Virus record (IMG/VR): IMGVR_UViG_2617271079_000001
Span: 29,667 to 93,666 of that record
Source of the DNA: a virus
Taxonomy: Duplodnaviria; Caudoviricetes
Direction: 5' to 3' (one strand)
Length of the DNA stretch: 64,000 nucleotides
The notes under the pieces are model-generated. The model saw only the letters and a list, made by a program, of their open reading frames with translations. It was not told the origin of the DNA and made no database searches. Positions 63,563 through 64,000 of the stretch are shown one piece after another (position 1 is the first letter of the stretch; the number at the start of each line of letters is the position of its first letter). The position numbers and the translations under genes are program-made.

Positions 63563-64000
63563 TTGAAAAAAATATTTTCAGTTTTGTTAATGACACTATT
63601 ATTATTTTCAATTGTTCCTGGTCTGGGTAAAGTGAATGCTTCATGTAGCGATCCTTGGAGTGTAACTCCTACTGCCAAAAGTCCTATTGGTGGAGAAATT
63701 GTCACTCCTCAATGTACGAGTGGTTCTCCCTATGGTTGGGTAAGTTTGAGAAGTACAGCTAGACTTGATCCTGCAGCTAAGAATTTCAAGCAATATAGAA
63801 AAGTAGGAAATGCTAGTAAGGCACTATCTGATCTAGAGAGGTATATAGCAACATCTACAAATCCACCAGTTGCATATGGTAGTGGTAAATGGGCTGTACA
63901 TACTCCACAAGGTACAGTAATGTTCTATCCTAAGGATGCTTCTTATGGAAAGCCTGCAATTAAGTGGAATGCTGGTAAAGAAGTTATTAGGTATGATTAA
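63563..64000 (+). CDS. Secreted accessory protein
   Basis: Signal peptide MKKIFSVLLMTLLLFSIVPGLGKVNA; GGAGG RBS; stop at 64000. Confidence 0.7.
   Translation: MKKIFSVLLMTLLLFSIVPGLGKVNASCSDPWSVTPTAKSPIGGEIVTPQCTSGSPYGWVSLRSTARLDPAAKNFKQYRKVGNASKALSDLERYIATSTNPPVAYGSGKWAVHTPQGTVMFYPKDASYGKPAIKWNAGKEVIRYD

Larger units (their letters stand above)
24301..64000 (+). mobile_element. Prophage 2 (integrase to lysis; right end just outside window)
   Basis: Serine integrase, immunity, replication, packaging, head, tail and lysis modules in canonical order. Confidence 0.95.

Overview
Bacillaceae chromosome window almost entirely occupied by two different siphovirus-type prophages lying head-to-tail on the + strand. 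Prophage 1 (1..~24216) is seen from its head module through tail and lysis genes to a post-lysis accessory block. That block holds a small DNA-binding protein, a VirB2/pilin-like protein, an inserted HNH, a membrane-anchored M23 peptidase and a large HerA/VirB4/TraD-like ATPase, and it sits behind sporulation-sigma-like promoters. Prophage 2 (~24301..>64000) is nearly complete. It has a large serine integrase, a LexA-boxed ImmA, a ~7 kb nuclease/defence island, an ImmR/Cro switch, a skin-like early region with YqaJ/RecT, AbrB-like and Sda-like genes, an ApeA-like HEPN protein, SPP1/TP901-like morphogenesis genes and a lysis cassette. The only apparent host DNA is an 84-bp, 62% GC segment (24217..24300) encoding the Walker-B to His-box stretch of the competence ATPase ComGA. 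This suggests both prophages are integrated in the same comGA gene about 85 bp apart. All product calls come from motif recognition and synteny; no database searches were run.
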